From Candidatus Gastranaerophilus bacterium (GTDB lineage Bacteria; Cyanobacteriota; Vampirovibrionia; Gastranaerophilales; Gastranaerophilaceae), in the NCBI GenBank assembly GCA_045639085.1, contig JAZUCM010000102.1, forward strand, positions 3,178 to 67,177: a stretch of DNA of 64,000 nucleotides, in the 5' to 3' direction. This document shows, in pieces, positions 1-9,307 of the stretch. The notes under the pieces are model-generated. The model was not told the DNA's origin. It saw only the letters and a program-made list of their open reading frames with translations, and searched no databases. The translations under genes were made by a program, and so were the position numbers. Positions within the stretch are counted from its first letter, which is position 1, and each line of letters starts with the position of its first letter.

Positions 1-285
1 AGTTCCGACGAAAACAAGTGAACAATATTCTTGAGAAGCGCCAAGAGCGTTTTCTTTTTGAAGCAATCTGTAACTTTCGCGGATAATTCTGCGAAGTCTG
101 TTGCGTCTAACTGCGCGTTTGTGAGTTTTTTTGCTGACTACAAAACCAACTCTGGTAATCAATGAGGGGTCGCTTTTTTGCGGACCTACAAACAAAGATA
201 CTCCGCCCTTGTGGGTGGAGTTCTTAGATTTATACGCTGCATTAAATGCTCGTCTGCTTTTAAGTCTGTACCTTTTTTTTAACAC
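1..285 (-). CDS. rnpA: Ribonuclease P protein component, N-terminal part (gene runs off the window edge)
   Basis: My reverse-strand translation from GTG at 285-283 gives VLKKRYRLKSRRAFNAAYKSK...VGFVVSKKTHKRAVRRNRLRRIIRESYRLL. This is the typical RnpA basic motif (VGFxVSKK..AVxRNRxKR). It lies directly downstream of rpmH, the conserved rpmH-rnpA order. Confidence 0.75.
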   Translation of the reverse strand, partial: MLKKRYRLKSRRAFNAAYKSKNSTHKGGVSLFVGPQKSDPSLITRVGFVVSKKTHKRAVRRNRLRRIIRESYRLLQKENALGASQEYCSLVFVGT

Positions 286-344
286 GAAATTTCTCTGATA
301 TTTTCCGCAATACAAAAAAGAGCCTTTCGGCACTTTTTTGTAAA

Positions 345-497
345 TTATGCACGTTCTTTCGCTGTGATAGCCAACTTGTGACGGCCTCTTGCACGACGTC
401 TGTTCAAAACTTCGCGTCCGCCAGGGGTTGCCATTCTAGCTCTAAAACCGCTAACCATTTGTCTTTTTCTTTTAGTTCCTTCTAGTGTACGTTTCAT
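345..497 (-). CDS. rpmH: 50S ribosomal protein L34
   Basis: [43 protein letters not shown] matches the L34 signature (MKRT...GFRxRM). I trimmed the ORF-track start to the internal Met that gives the canonical 50 aa. Confidence 0.9.
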   Translation of the reverse strand: MKRTLEGTKRKRQMVSGFRARMATPGGREVLNRRRARGRHKLAITAKERA

Positions 498-593
498 TTT
501 TCTTATTTCCTTTGCTAGTTTAATCAGATTTATTTTTATGTTATACCAAAGAAAACAAATAGTCAACTAAATAGAAGCATGAGGTTAAATTTT

Positions 594-1406
594 ATGAACA
601 AAAAAGTGTTAAAGATTGGATTTATCGGTTGCGGAAAGATGGCGGGCTCTATAATTAAGGGGGTAAAGTCATCATGCCTGGGTGGTAATTTTGAAATAAT
701 CGGCTCTGAGGTTAATAACGAAATAGCCGAACTTGCGTCGTCGAAGTTGGGTGTTGAGGTTTTGTCAGATAATATGGAATTAGCTAAAAGGGTTGATGTG
801 CTTGTTGTTGCGACCAAGCCGATGTACGTTTTGAATATTTTGGAAGAAATTAAACCTGTTTTTGATGAAACGAAATTGTTAATTTCTATTGCGGCGGGTG
901 TTTCTACTGAAAAAATTGGTAAAGTTTTGCCGAAACATCGCATTGTTAGGGTTATGCCAAATACGCCGGCGCTTTTGGGCGTTGGCATGGCGGGTGTTGC
1001 CCCGGGTTCATTGGCCAACGAGGATGACGTTGATTTTGTACTTGATTTGATGGCATCTGTCGGAAAAAGTATTCAAATAGAAGAAAGACAAATTGACGTA
1101 TTGACGGCGATTTCCGGCTCCGGGCCTGCTTTTTTCTATCAAGTGATTGAAGATATGGCGCGTGCAGGGGAAAAACTTGGGTTAGATTATGAAAAATCAC
1201 TTCTTCTTGCTACGCAAACGGCCTTAGGTTCGGCTAAAATGGTCGAGAATCGTGGCGAATTAACTGTACAAAACTTGATTGACAACGTTGCAACAAAAGG
1301 CGGATGTACGTTTGTCGGAATTCAAACGATGAAGAGTGAGAATTCTGCCGCAATGTTTGAAAAAGTTATTGCAGATACGACAAAAAAAGCGTCAGAATTA
1401 GGCTAA
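594..1406 (+). CDS. proC: Pyrroline-5-carboxylate reductase
   Basis: N-terminal Rossmann motif IGFIGCGKMAGSII, MPNTPA motif and C-terminal TKGGCT block are typical of ProC. Start set at MNKK (594). Confidence 0.9.
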   Translation: MNKKVLKIGFIGCGKMAGSIIKGVKSSCLGGNFEIIGSEVNNEIAELASSKLGVEVLSDNMELAKRVDVLVVATKPMYVLNILEEIKPVFDETKLLISIAAGVSTEKIGKVLPKHRIVRVMPNTPALLGVGMAGVAPGSLANEDDVDFVLDLMASVGKSIQIEERQIDVLTAISGSGPAFFYQVIEDMARAGEKLGLDYEKSLLLATQTALGSAKMVENRGELTVQNLIDNVATKGGCTFVGIQTMKSENSAAMFEKVIADTTKKASELG

Positions 1407-2342
1407 ATTCAGAATGTAATCAACCAGCGTTTCTTCAAGATTTATGTTGAAATGTTGGTTGATTTCTTTTATAAAATAGCATGGACTTGTGACATTTATT
1501 TCGATGATTTTTCCGTCTATAACGTCCAGTCCGGCCATCGGAATACCTATTTTGTTAAGTTCTTTGGCAATTGGGGCGAAGTTGTTTTTTTCTTCAGGTG
1601 TAAGTGACGCACGAATTATATTTTTATCGCAGTGGTCGTTGAATTTGAAATCGTTTTTGCCGGGTAGCTTTTGTACCGCATAATCTAGCACTTCCCCGCC
1701 AAGAAAAAGTACCCGTTTATCGCCATTAATTGCTTTTTCCAAATATTTTTGAACCATGACCATGCGTGTTGAATTGGCGGTCATTGTGTTGATTATAGCT
1801 GTTGTGTTTAAGTCACCTTTTTTTAGAAGCATTACGCCAGAGCCAAAACACGCGTTCAATGGCTTCAATACCAAGTGTTCGTGTTCGTCTAAAAAGTTCA
1901 GAATATCTTTGGGCGAACTGGAAACGAGGTTTTGCGGCATTAGATGTCGAAATTTTACCGCGTGAAATTTTTCGTTGAAGTTTCTTATTGCCCGAGGAGA
2001 ATTTAGGATACGCGTTTTACCTTCATCGACAAAGTCAAAAACATAAGTCGCGTTGATATAGTCCAAGTCTACCGGCGGATCAGGACGAAACATTACCAGT
2101 TGATAGCTTTCAATTTCCTTATGGATTAAATTTTTTTCATAGAAAATGTTTGAGTCTTTTTCGTAACTTTTACGCGCGTTAACATACGCTACGCCATTTT
2201 TGACACCAAGATTATCAATCGTTGCGATATCAACTTCTGCGCCTTTTTCAAGTAAGCCTTTTATCAGCCAAAAATTCGTCACCAAATTGTTGAATTCAAA
2301 ATATTTTAATTCAACTCTGTCGATTATAAATAAAACTTTCAT
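1398..2342 (-). CDS. gshB: Glutathione synthetase (ATP-grasp, prokaryotic GshB type)
   Basis: 314 aa from MKVLFII. Blocks RPDPPVD, NEKF, VLKPLN..GSG, GDKRVL and GLDVIDGKIIEINVTSP align with E. coli GshB motifs as I recall them. Confidence 0.8.
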   Translation of the reverse strand: MKVLFIIDRVELKYFEFNNLVTNFWLIKGLLEKGAEVDIATIDNLGVKNGVAYVNARKSYEKDSNIFYEKNLIHKEIESYQLVMFRPDPPVDLDYINATYVFDFVDEGKTRILNSPRAIRNFNEKFHAVKFRHLMPQNLVSSSPKDILNFLDEHEHLVLKPLNACFGSGVMLLKKGDLNTTAIINTMTANSTRMVMVQKYLEKAINGDKRVLFLGGEVLDYAVQKLPGKNDFKFNDHCDKNIIRASLTPEEKNNFAPIAKELNKIGIPMAGLDVIDGKIIEINVTSPCYFIKEINQHFNINLEETLVDYILNLA

Positions 2343-2406
2343 ATTTGTCCTCGTTTCATTTCTTATTAGAAATCTAAAACGTTTGTCAAACAATAGCCCT
2401 AGAAGG

Positions 2407-3063
2407 CTATTGCTTATTTGGATCGAGCGCAAAAAGCATTGAATTGTTGTTTTGGAGTAATGCGGCAAATCTTTCCAAATCGGAGTTGATTTCAGGGAAG
2501 GTGTTGAAGTGCATCGGTACAATTCTTTGTGCGCCAATCCAGTTTGCGGCGATTGCAGCGTGTTCCGCGTCCATAGTGTATTTACCGCCGATAGGTAACA
2601 TAGCTATTTGTGGGCGATAAAGTTCTTTAACTGTTTTCATGCCTTCGTGTAAGCAGGTGTCGCCGGCATGATAAATTCTTGCGCCGTCGATATCGAAAAA
2701 TATTGCAGCTGCGTGTCCGCCATAGCGTCCGTCAGGTAAAGAGCTGGAGTGGAAAGCCGGAAGGAAGATTGCACTTCCCCATTCGTGAACAACCCTGCCG
2801 CCAAGGTTTACAGGATTAACGTTGCATCCTTGTTCGCGACAGTAATTTGCAAGTTCAAATACTGCGGTAATGGTCGCATTTTTTTCTTTTGCAATCTCGA
2901 TTGCTTGACCTATATGATCGCTGTGGGCATGGGTCAAGAATATATCTGTAATATTGCGTTCATGCCAGTTATATTTATCCGTTGTAATGTACGGGTCTAC
3001 TAAAACTTGTTTGTCGTTGTGTGAAAATTCAAATGCGCTGTGGCCTAAATATCTGATATCCAT
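2407..3063 (-). CDS. Metallo-beta-lactamase-fold hydrolase (UPF0173-like)
   Basis: MDIRYLGHSAFEF...VLVDPY...THAHSDHIG contains the HxHxDH zinc motif. Size is ~218 aa. Start trimmed to MDIR. Confidence 0.8.
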   Translation of the reverse strand: MDIRYLGHSAFEFSHNDKQVLVDPYITTDKYNWHERNITDIFLTHAHSDHIGQAIEIAKEKNATITAVFELANYCREQGCNVNPVNLGGRVVHEWGSAIFLPAFHSSSLPDGRYGGHAAAIFFDIDGARIYHAGDTCLHEGMKTVKELYRPQIAMLPIGGKYTMDAEHAAIAANWIGAQRIVPMHFNTFPEINSDLERFAALLQNNNSMLFALDPNKQ

Positions 3064-3117
3064 GATTCTTCTCCTTATTTTTTGCAATAATAACATTTTT
3101 TGTTGTAAAATTCAATT

Positions 3118-4152
3118 ATGCAAAGATATATGAACATGTGTATTGAATTGGCGCAAAAAGGGCGTGGGAAAACTTCGCCGAATCCGCTTGTGGGCTGTGT
3201 TGTTCTGGGTAGAAACGGTGAAATTATTTCGACCGGTTATCATGCCGGTTATGGTCTAAACCATGCTGAGCGTGACGCGTTGTTGAAGTTACAACCGGGA
3301 CAGGCTTTTGGCGGTACGCTTTTTGTCAATCTTGAACCTTGTTCGCATTGGGGAAAAACTCCGCCTTGTACAGATTTGATTATCGCTCACGGGTTAAAAA
3401 AGGTTGTTATTGGCATGCGTGATGTTAATCCTAAAGTTGATGGGGTTGCTAAGCTTCGTGACGCCGGTATTGAAGTTATCGAAGGTGTTATGGATGCTCA
3501 ATGTCGCGATTTAAACGAGGTTTTTATTACCAACCAAGTTGAAAAACGGACTTTTGTTGCAATTAAAACGGCTACAACTTTAGATGGTAAAATTGCAACA
3601 TCCAATGGGTCTTCAAAATGGATAACCTCTGCTTGTGCACGTGGAGAAGTGAAGTTGATTCGCGAAAAATACGATGCGATTTTGACTTCTTCAACTACTG
3701 TAAAAGCAGATAATCCAACGATGTTACATTCCAAAAAGATTATTTTAGATAGGAATTTGTCGACAAATTTAAATGCGAAAATTTACTCTCAAGGGCAAAT
3801 TTTTGTGTTCCACGATGAAAGTTTGTCACCAATGAGTGTCGAAAATATTACTTTTGTGCCTGCTCCTGTTGTTGATGGTTTGTTGAATATAGAATTTGTA
3901 CTTGAACGATTATATAAATTGGGTATTATGAGTGTACTTGTTGAAAGTGGCGGACGTTTAAATGGTGCGTTTTTGCCTTACGCTGATAAAATTTATAACT
4001 TTGTTGCGCCTAAAATTCTTGGTGATAATTCGGGAAAATCATCGTTTGATTTTAGAACTATACAAGATATAAATGACTCTGTGGAGTTTGAGCTTGTTGA
4101 TGCGGTTAAATTCCTGCCTGATGTGTTATTAATCCTCAAGAAAAAATCTTAG
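3118..4152 (+). CDS. ribD: Bifunctional riboflavin biosynthesis deaminase/reductase RibD
   Basis: Deaminase zinc motifs HAERDAL and LEPCSHWGKTPPC are followed by a reductase domain (TLDGKIAT, VESGG). Confidence 0.9.
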   Translation: MQRYMNMCIELAQKGRGKTSPNPLVGCVVLGRNGEIISTGYHAGYGLNHAERDALLKLQPGQAFGGTLFVNLEPCSHWGKTPPCTDLIIAHGLKKVVIGMRDVNPKVDGVAKLRDAGIEVIEGVMDAQCRDLNEVFITNQVEKRTFVAIKTATTLDGKIATSNGSSKWITSACARGEVKLIREKYDAILTSSTTVKADNPTMLHSKKIILDRNLSTNLNAKIYSQGQIFVFHDESLSPMSVENITFVPAPVVDGLLNIEFVLERLYKLGIMSVLVESGGRLNGAFLPYADKIYNFVAPKILGDNSGKSSFDFRTIQDINDSVEFELVDAVKFLPDVLLILKKKS

Positions 4153-4168
4153 ACTTTATTCGGATTTT

Positions 4169-5326
4169 TTGTGGTTTGTCTGGGGTTATAATCCAGGTAT
4201 GTCTAACTTTCCCGTATCTGATTCTTTTTATCGCTTTAATTGTTCTTCTGAAGTGTCACCAATTGGTGACACATTATTCATTGAAAACCATGAAAAATCT
4301 AAGCTTTTTATATTACCTTATGCGCCTTATTCCTATTGCGCTGAGATGTTGAATTCTGCGTATTCTTTGTTAGATAGGGCATTTAAGACAGTTATTGTGT
4401 TTATTCCTACTTACAATTATTGTTCCGACAAGTTAATGACTTTTTCTTCAGATAAACTTCTTGAAATTGATAGAAGTGTCAGAGTTGATTTTGAGCGTTT
4501 AAAACGATTTGAAGAAAATTATTCACTATATAGTGAAGATTTTTGCTTTGAGTTCGAAGAGGTTTTGAAAATTCATCTGGAAATTTTGTCTAAGCGTTAT
4601 CCCGAAATCAAGCTTGTACCGCTCATATACAACGATATTGTGCCTGGTGTTGTTAATGAAATTTTGGAGCAAAATGGGGAATCTTGTTCGTTTGTTTTTT
4701 TGAGTAATTTAAGCTGTGGATTTGGATATAATGAAGCAAAACGTTTGGATAATTTTACGGCCGCAAACATCGAAACTAATAGCATAAAAGATGTTTCTTA
4801 TGAGTCTTTCAGCGCGTTTAAGGTGTTGCCGGAGATTTTGAATTTTGCGCGTTCTCGCTTTTCGTCATTTGTAAGGCTTGGCCTGGTAAATTCAGGTGAT
4901 GTTAATTATAATATGGCTTCAACACGTGGCTATGGCGCTTGGTTTCTCTATGAAAAAAATATTTGCGAATATTTAAAAAAATATTATTCTCAAGATATTA
5001 TTGATTTTGTCAAATTTAACTTACAAAAAGAATTACATGTTGGTTGTGGCGCTTGTTTTAACCTGCCGGAAGTATTCAACCAAGAATTAAAAGTATTTGT
5101 TTCGTTTGAAAAAGACGGCTATGTTCGTGGAGTGAGTGGTTCTTATCGGACGCCAGAGCCACTATATAAGGCCTTAGTTAAGCGCACTTTTGGGGCTGCC
5201 TTTTCAGATACCAGATTTGCCCCTATAAAACCCGATGAAATTTCTGATTTGGTTATAAGTGTGTCACTACTGGGTGACGATTTGATGTCTTCTGTTGTGA
5301 TAAGGGAACAAAATGAAATTCATTAA
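4169..5326 (+). CDS. Fusion protein: Memo-like N-terminal domain plus AMMECR1 C-terminal domain
   Basis: The C-terminus VFVSFEKDGYVRGVSGSYRTPEPLYKALVKRTFGAAFSDTRFAPIKPDEISDLVISVSLL resembles the AMMECR1 core. The N-terminal half has Memo-like spacing (LPYAPYSY..., KLVPLIYND, FLSNLSCG). The start is uncertain (4169 TTG or ATG at 4199). Confidence 0.55.
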   Translation: MWFVWGYNPGMSNFPVSDSFYRFNCSSEVSPIGDTLFIENHEKSKLFILPYAPYSYCAEMLNSAYSLLDRAFKTVIVFIPTYNYCSDKLMTFSSDKLLEIDRSVRVDFERLKRFEENYSLYSEDFCFEFEEVLKIHLEILSKRYPEIKLVPLIYNDIVPGVVNEILEQNGESCSFVFLSNLSCGFGYNEAKRLDNFTAANIETNSIKDVSYESFSAFKVLPEILNFARSRFSSFVRLGLVNSGDVNYNMASTRGYGAWFLYEKNICEYLKKYYSQDIIDFVKFNLQKELHVGCGACFNLPEVFNQELKVFVSFEKDGYVRGVSGSYRTPEPLYKALVKRTFGAAFSDTRFAPIKPDEISDLVISVSLLGDDLMSSVVIREQNEIH

Positions 5327-5480
5327 AAATATAAAAAATCTAATATGGTTGATTGTACAAATTTATGTTGTTTTGACTTTTTTCAAAGGATTGCAGCCTA
5401 TTTTGAGGCAAGGAAATTGGGCTGCTAAACTTGTTAAAATTCTCGAACTTGTGCAAAATTACATAAAAAAATTTGTTTAA
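5313..5480 (+). CDS. Small hypothetical membrane protein (55 aa, below the ORF-track cutoff)
   Basis: Hand translation gives MKFIKNIKNLIWLIVQIYVVLTFFKGLQPILRQGNWAAKLVKILELVQNYIKKFV. An AGGGA-like SD lies 6-10 nt upstream, there is one hydrophobic helix, and the ORF fills an otherwise empty 230-nt gap. Confidence 0.3.
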   Translation: MKFIKNIKNLIWLIVQIYVVLTFFKGLQPILRQGNWAAKLVKILELVQNYIKKFV

Positions 5481-5560
5481 TGTTAAATATTCTTAAAACT
5501 AGAGCCTTTTTTCTTTTGCATGCTAAGCTTACAGTATGTACAAGAATATTAGGAGTTTTT

Positions 5561-6145
5561 ATGATTAATTTGACTGAAGGAATTGAATTTGATCCCGGCT
5601 TTACGGTGCATTTGTCGCTTATATCACGTGATATTAGTAATTTTTATTATAATTTAGATTCGTTGAAATTTTCTCAAAAGAAACAACATTTTAAGATGTA
5701 TAGTGCAAAGTTATGGCGTTTGATAGAACGCAATATCGGGTTTTACGCGGGATGTATTTTGTGGGCCGGTGTTGCTAAAAATCACCCGGAACAGCTAATA
5801 ATGAACAATATTTGTTATGGTGGCGAATATGTTGAGGCCGATAACGTTGAGGAAGTTCAATTCCTTAGAGAATATTTGATGCAGTTTAAAAAAGATATGA
5901 AATACTACTGCGGCAAGGATTTTGACGTTCCTGGTATGTATTTGACTGTTTTGGACGATTACGAAGAATTTTTGAAGGTGAATGAAGGCTTTGTAAAAGT
6001 TAGTAAAGCACAAGATTTGAAATTGCCTGCAAACGTAAATATGGCAGGTGTTGCAGATGAGTCACTTTTGCTGAATAAAATTGAAAAAGTTGTTGAAACG
6101 GGCGATTTTGCACCAATGCTAGAGTTTTATTCAAAGGTAAAATAA
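5561..6145 (+). CDS. Hypothetical protein
   Basis: The ORF starts at MINLTEG, preceded by AGGAG. Its stop overlaps the nagZ start (TAATG), suggesting co-translation. I recognise no motif. Confidence 0.5.
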   Translation: MINLTEGIEFDPGFTVHLSLISRDISNFYYNLDSLKFSQKKQHFKMYSAKLWRLIERNIGFYAGCILWAGVAKNHPEQLIMNNICYGGEYVEADNVEEVQFLREYLMQFKKDMKYYCGKDFDVPGMYLTVLDDYEEFLKVNEGFVKVSKAQDLKLPANVNMAGVADESLLLNKIEKVVETGDFAPMLEFYSKVK

Positions 6146-7113
6146 TGCCGACCTTGCGCGAAAAAGTTTATCAGATGTTCATACTAGGGACTGAGGGTAG
6201 TGGCTTTAAGGCTGCACTTAGGGCTGGACTTGGTGGTGTAATATTTTTTACTAACGATATATTTTCGTCGGAACAGTTTAAAAACGTCACTGATGAGTGT
6301 CGCAAATGTGCGCTTATCCCCCCTTTTTTATCTATTGATCAAGAGGGTGGACGAGTTGAGCGTACCGAAAATATTCATGGCGGTAAGAGATATTTGTCCG
6401 CGCGTTTTGCTTATGAACAGGGTGTTTTAGAGAAACAAACAAAAGAAATAGCGCAGGAGTTGTCACTATATGGTGTCAATTTAAACTTTGCACCTTGCAT
6501 TGATGTTAATACAAACCCTCAAAATCCTATCATTGGCGAGCGGGCCTTTTCTAATAAAACAGAAGAGGTAATTGCGGCCGAAAAATTTGTTTCTCGCACT
6601 TACGAGAAAAACGGTATAATTCCTTGTGTGAAACATTTTCCCGGACACGGTGATGCCGCGGTGGATAGTCATTTGGGGCTTCCGAGGATTGATTTGTCGC
6701 TAGGTGATATGGAACGTTGGCACATTGCGCCATTTAAATCAGCTATTGATGGCGGAATAGATATGGTGATGGTGGCGCACTTGCATTGTACTTGTTTTGA
6801 TGAAAATGTATTGCCAACATCATTGAGTAATAATGCAATATGTTATCTGCGCGAAATTCTCGGGTTTCAAGGTATTGCGATTTCAGATGATATGGTTATG
6901 AAGGGAGTTTCGGCGATGTTTTCGCCATTAGATGCTTGTGTAAGAGGCATAAAGGCCGGATTAGATATGTTTATATTTAGAAATTCTGCGCCGGAAACTA
7001 TTGAAATCATCGAGAAAATTGCGTTGTTGGCCGATGATGACTTTGCATTGGCGCAAAGAATAGATGAGTCGTTCAATAGAATTTTGAAATTAAAATGCAA
7101 GTATAAAATTTAA
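6145..7113 (+). CDS. nagZ: Beta-N-acetylhexosaminidase (GH3, NagZ-like)
   Basis: IDQEGGRVER, KHFPGHGD and AISDDM blocks are characteristic of GH3 NagZ. Confidence 0.85.
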   Translation: MPTLREKVYQMFILGTEGSGFKAALRAGLGGVIFFTNDIFSSEQFKNVTDECRKCALIPPFLSIDQEGGRVERTENIHGGKRYLSARFAYEQGVLEKQTKEIAQELSLYGVNLNFAPCIDVNTNPQNPIIGERAFSNKTEEVIAAEKFVSRTYEKNGIIPCVKHFPGHGDAAVDSHLGLPRIDLSLGDMERWHIAPFKSAIDGGIDMVMVAHLHCTCFDENVLPTSLSNNAICYLREILGFQGIAISDDMVMKGVSAMFSPLDACVRGIKAGLDMFIFRNSAPETIEIIEKIALLADDDFALAQRIDESFNRILKLKCKYKI

Positions 7114-7122
7114 GGTTAAGGG

Positions 7123-7156
7123 CAAAACAAACCCGCCAATTGGCGGGTTCGTTTTG
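7123..7156. terminator. Bidirectional stem-loop between convergent nagZ and thrS
   Basis: caaaacaaacccgcc aatt ggcgggttcgttttg forms a ~15-bp stem with one mismatch and A/T runs on both sides. Confidence 0.7.
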
Positions 7157-7177
7157 TCATGCAATATGTATGAATGT

Positions 7178-8983
7178 TTAAACATTTGCGGTTGCTTTTG
7201 CAAATGAGTCAATATTGCGTTCTTTGATTTCGTTTGCAACTTTTTCCACGAAATCTTCAACTTTAAATGTTCCGACTTGGCCGATTCCGCGTGCACGGAC
7301 TGCGACAGAGTTCGTTTCGATTTCTTTGTCGCCGATAACGCACACATAAGGAACTTTTTTATCCTGCAAGCTTTCGCGGATTTTGTAGTTCATACTTTCT
7401 GAACGATCGTCAAGTCTTGCGCGGATGCCTGCTGCACGCATTTTTTTGTAGACTTCTGCTGCGAAATCAGCGTGTTTTTCGTTGCTGATCGGCACGATTG
7501 CTACTTGAGTTGGTGCAAGCCAAGTTGGGAATGCGCCGGCAAAGTGTTCGATTAAGATACCGTGGAAACGTTCCATTGAGCCGAAAATTACGCGGTGTAA
7601 CATCAACGGAGTTTTTAATTGTCCGTCTTTGTCTTGGTACTTGATATCGAAACGGGCAGGCAAATTGAAGTCTAATTGAATTGTTGCGCACTGCCAAGTT
7701 CTGCCGATTGCGTCTTTAACTTTGAAGTCGATTTTTGGTCCGTAGAACGCACCGTCGCCTTCGTTGATTTCGTATTTCATTCCGCGGCGTTCCATTGCTT
7801 CTTTTAGGCCTGCTTCAGCACGGTTCCAGTTTTCGATTTCGCCGACAAAGCTTTCAGGACGGGTTGAAAGTTCAACTTCAAAATCCATTTTAAACATTGC
7901 CATTGTATCTGCTACAAAGTCGATAATCGCATTGATTTCGTCAACAAGTTGTTCCGGCGTACAGAAAACGTGTGCATCGTCTTGGGTAAAGCCTTGAACA
8001 CGGGTCAAACCTGCAAGTGCGCCGGATTTTTCTTTTCTGTAAACTGTTCCGAGTTCGGCCATACGAAGTGGTAATGAACGATAAGAGTGTCTGTTTGCTT
8101 GGTAAATTAAAATGTGGAACGGACAGTTCATAGGTTTTACCACGAATTGATCGTCTGAATCTTCATCTTTTTGGACAAAGAACATATTTTCTTTGTAGTG
8201 GTCCATGTGGCCTGAAATTTCCCAAAGTTTTGATTTTGCGATTTGTGGAGTGTTTACGATTACATATCCGCGTTTGCGGTGTTCTGTTCTCCAGTAGTTT
8301 TCGATTTCTTCGCGAACTACCGCAAGATTAGGGTGCCAAAGAACGAGGCCGCCGCCAAGTTCTTCGCGAACAGAGAATAAATCCAATTGATTACCTAATT
8401 TTCTATGGTCGCGTTTTTCCGCTTCTTCCAAGAATGTCAAATATGCTTGCAAATCTTCTTTGTTCCAGTATGCGGTTGCATAGATTCTTTGGAGCATTTT
8501 ATTTTTTTCGTTACCGCGCCAGTAAGCACCAGCGACTTTCAATAATTTGAATGCATTATGTTTGATATAGCTTGTGTTTGGAATATGTGGACCTGCGCAA
8601 AGGTCGTTAAAGAGGACGTTTCCGTCTTTGTCTTTTGTTAAGTACAAAGTAGGATTGTCGTTTCTGTGTTCTTCCAAAAGTTCGGCTTTGTAAATTTCGC
8701 CTTGAGCTTTAAACTCAGCGATTTTTGCATCAACGTCTTCTACAACGTATTTTTCAAACGTTAGGTTTTGTTTTACGATGTTTTTCATTTCTTCTTCGAT
8801 TTTCACAAGGTCTTCTGCGGTGAATGCGTGACCGTCAGTTAGGTCGAAATCATAGTAAAAACCGTTTTCTGTCGCCGGGCCGATCGCCAACTTCGCGTTC
8901 GGAAACAACTTCTGAACGGCTTGTGCCATAACGTGTGATGTTGAGTGTCTCAACACATGCAATGTTGAATTGTCTTTTTCCAT
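7178..8983 (-). CDS. thrS: Threonine--tRNA ligase (no N-terminal TGS domain)
   Basis: 601 aa. It starts at the editing-domain HxxxH block (LRHSTSHVMAQAV) and carries class II motifs and an anticodon-binding C-terminus. Confidence 0.9.
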   Translation of the reverse strand: MEKDNSTLHVLRHSTSHVMAQAVQKLFPNAKLAIGPATENGFYYDFDLTDGHAFTAEDLVKIEEEMKNIVKQNLTFEKYVVEDVDAKIAEFKAQGEIYKAELLEEHRNDNPTLYLTKDKDGNVLFNDLCAGPHIPNTSYIKHNAFKLLKVAGAYWRGNEKNKMLQRIYATAYWNKEDLQAYLTFLEEAEKRDHRKLGNQLDLFSVREELGGGLVLWHPNLAVVREEIENYWRTEHRKRGYVIVNTPQIAKSKLWEISGHMDHYKENMFFVQKDEDSDDQFVVKPMNCPFHILIYQANRHSYRSLPLRMAELGTVYRKEKSGALAGLTRVQGFTQDDAHVFCTPEQLVDEINAIIDFVADTMAMFKMDFEVELSTRPESFVGEIENWNRAEAGLKEAMERRGMKYEINEGDGAFYGPKIDFKVKDAIGRTWQCATIQLDFNLPARFDIKYQDKDGQLKTPLMLHRVIFGSMERFHGILIEHFAGAFPTWLAPTQVAIVPISNEKHADFAAEVYKKMRAAGIRARLDDRSESMNYKIRESLQDKKVPYVCVIGDKEIETNSVAVRARGIGQVGTFKVEDFVEKVANEIKERNIDSFAKATANV

Positions 8984-9141
8984 AATAAATTTTTCCTTCC
9001 CGTTTCAAGCAACAACATTTGCAAGAAACATTCTATCTACAATTTGAATTGTAACATAAAAATACATTTCGGTCGAAAAGGGCTTGAAATTTTTACATGC
9101 TTGGTTTATATTAGTTGTGTAGTAGTAAAGGAAAAAGATTA

Positions 9142-9192
9142 ATGTTTATTCTAAGCGTAAAACGACATCATCACCATCATCATTGCCATTAA
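9142..9192 (+). CDS. His-rich mini-ORF (16 aa): MFILSVKRHHHHHHCH
   Basis: ATG at 9142 is preceded by AAGGA about 9 nt upstream. Six consecutive His codons (cat cat cac cat cat cat) are followed by Cys-His-stop. It lies 115 nt upstream of the next gene on the same strand. Confidence 0.35.
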   Translation: MFILSVKRHHHHHHCH

Positions 9193-9307
9193 GGCTTGGT
9201 TGATGTGTTTGCGCTGAATCTCGTTATGCAGTACCCCTCAATTTCACATTTACCATAAGCCGTTGTGGTTTCGCTTGTGTTGTAAGATTGTGAAATTGGA
9301 GAAAAAA

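Noticed and set aside
563-1018. 151-aa minus-strand ORF overlapping proC
   Set aside because: It lies antisense to a clearly recognisable proC and its translation shows no motif. It is a typical shadow ORF. The same reasoning applies to most short antisense ORFs in the track inside ileS, rpoB, rpoC2, the AsmA-like genes and others.
8984-9141. T-box leader upstream of thrS (and of ileS)
   Set aside because: I could find no T-box consensus, specifier-loop or terminator arrangement on the minus strand. ileS follows the symporter gene by only 10 nt, leaving no room for a leader.
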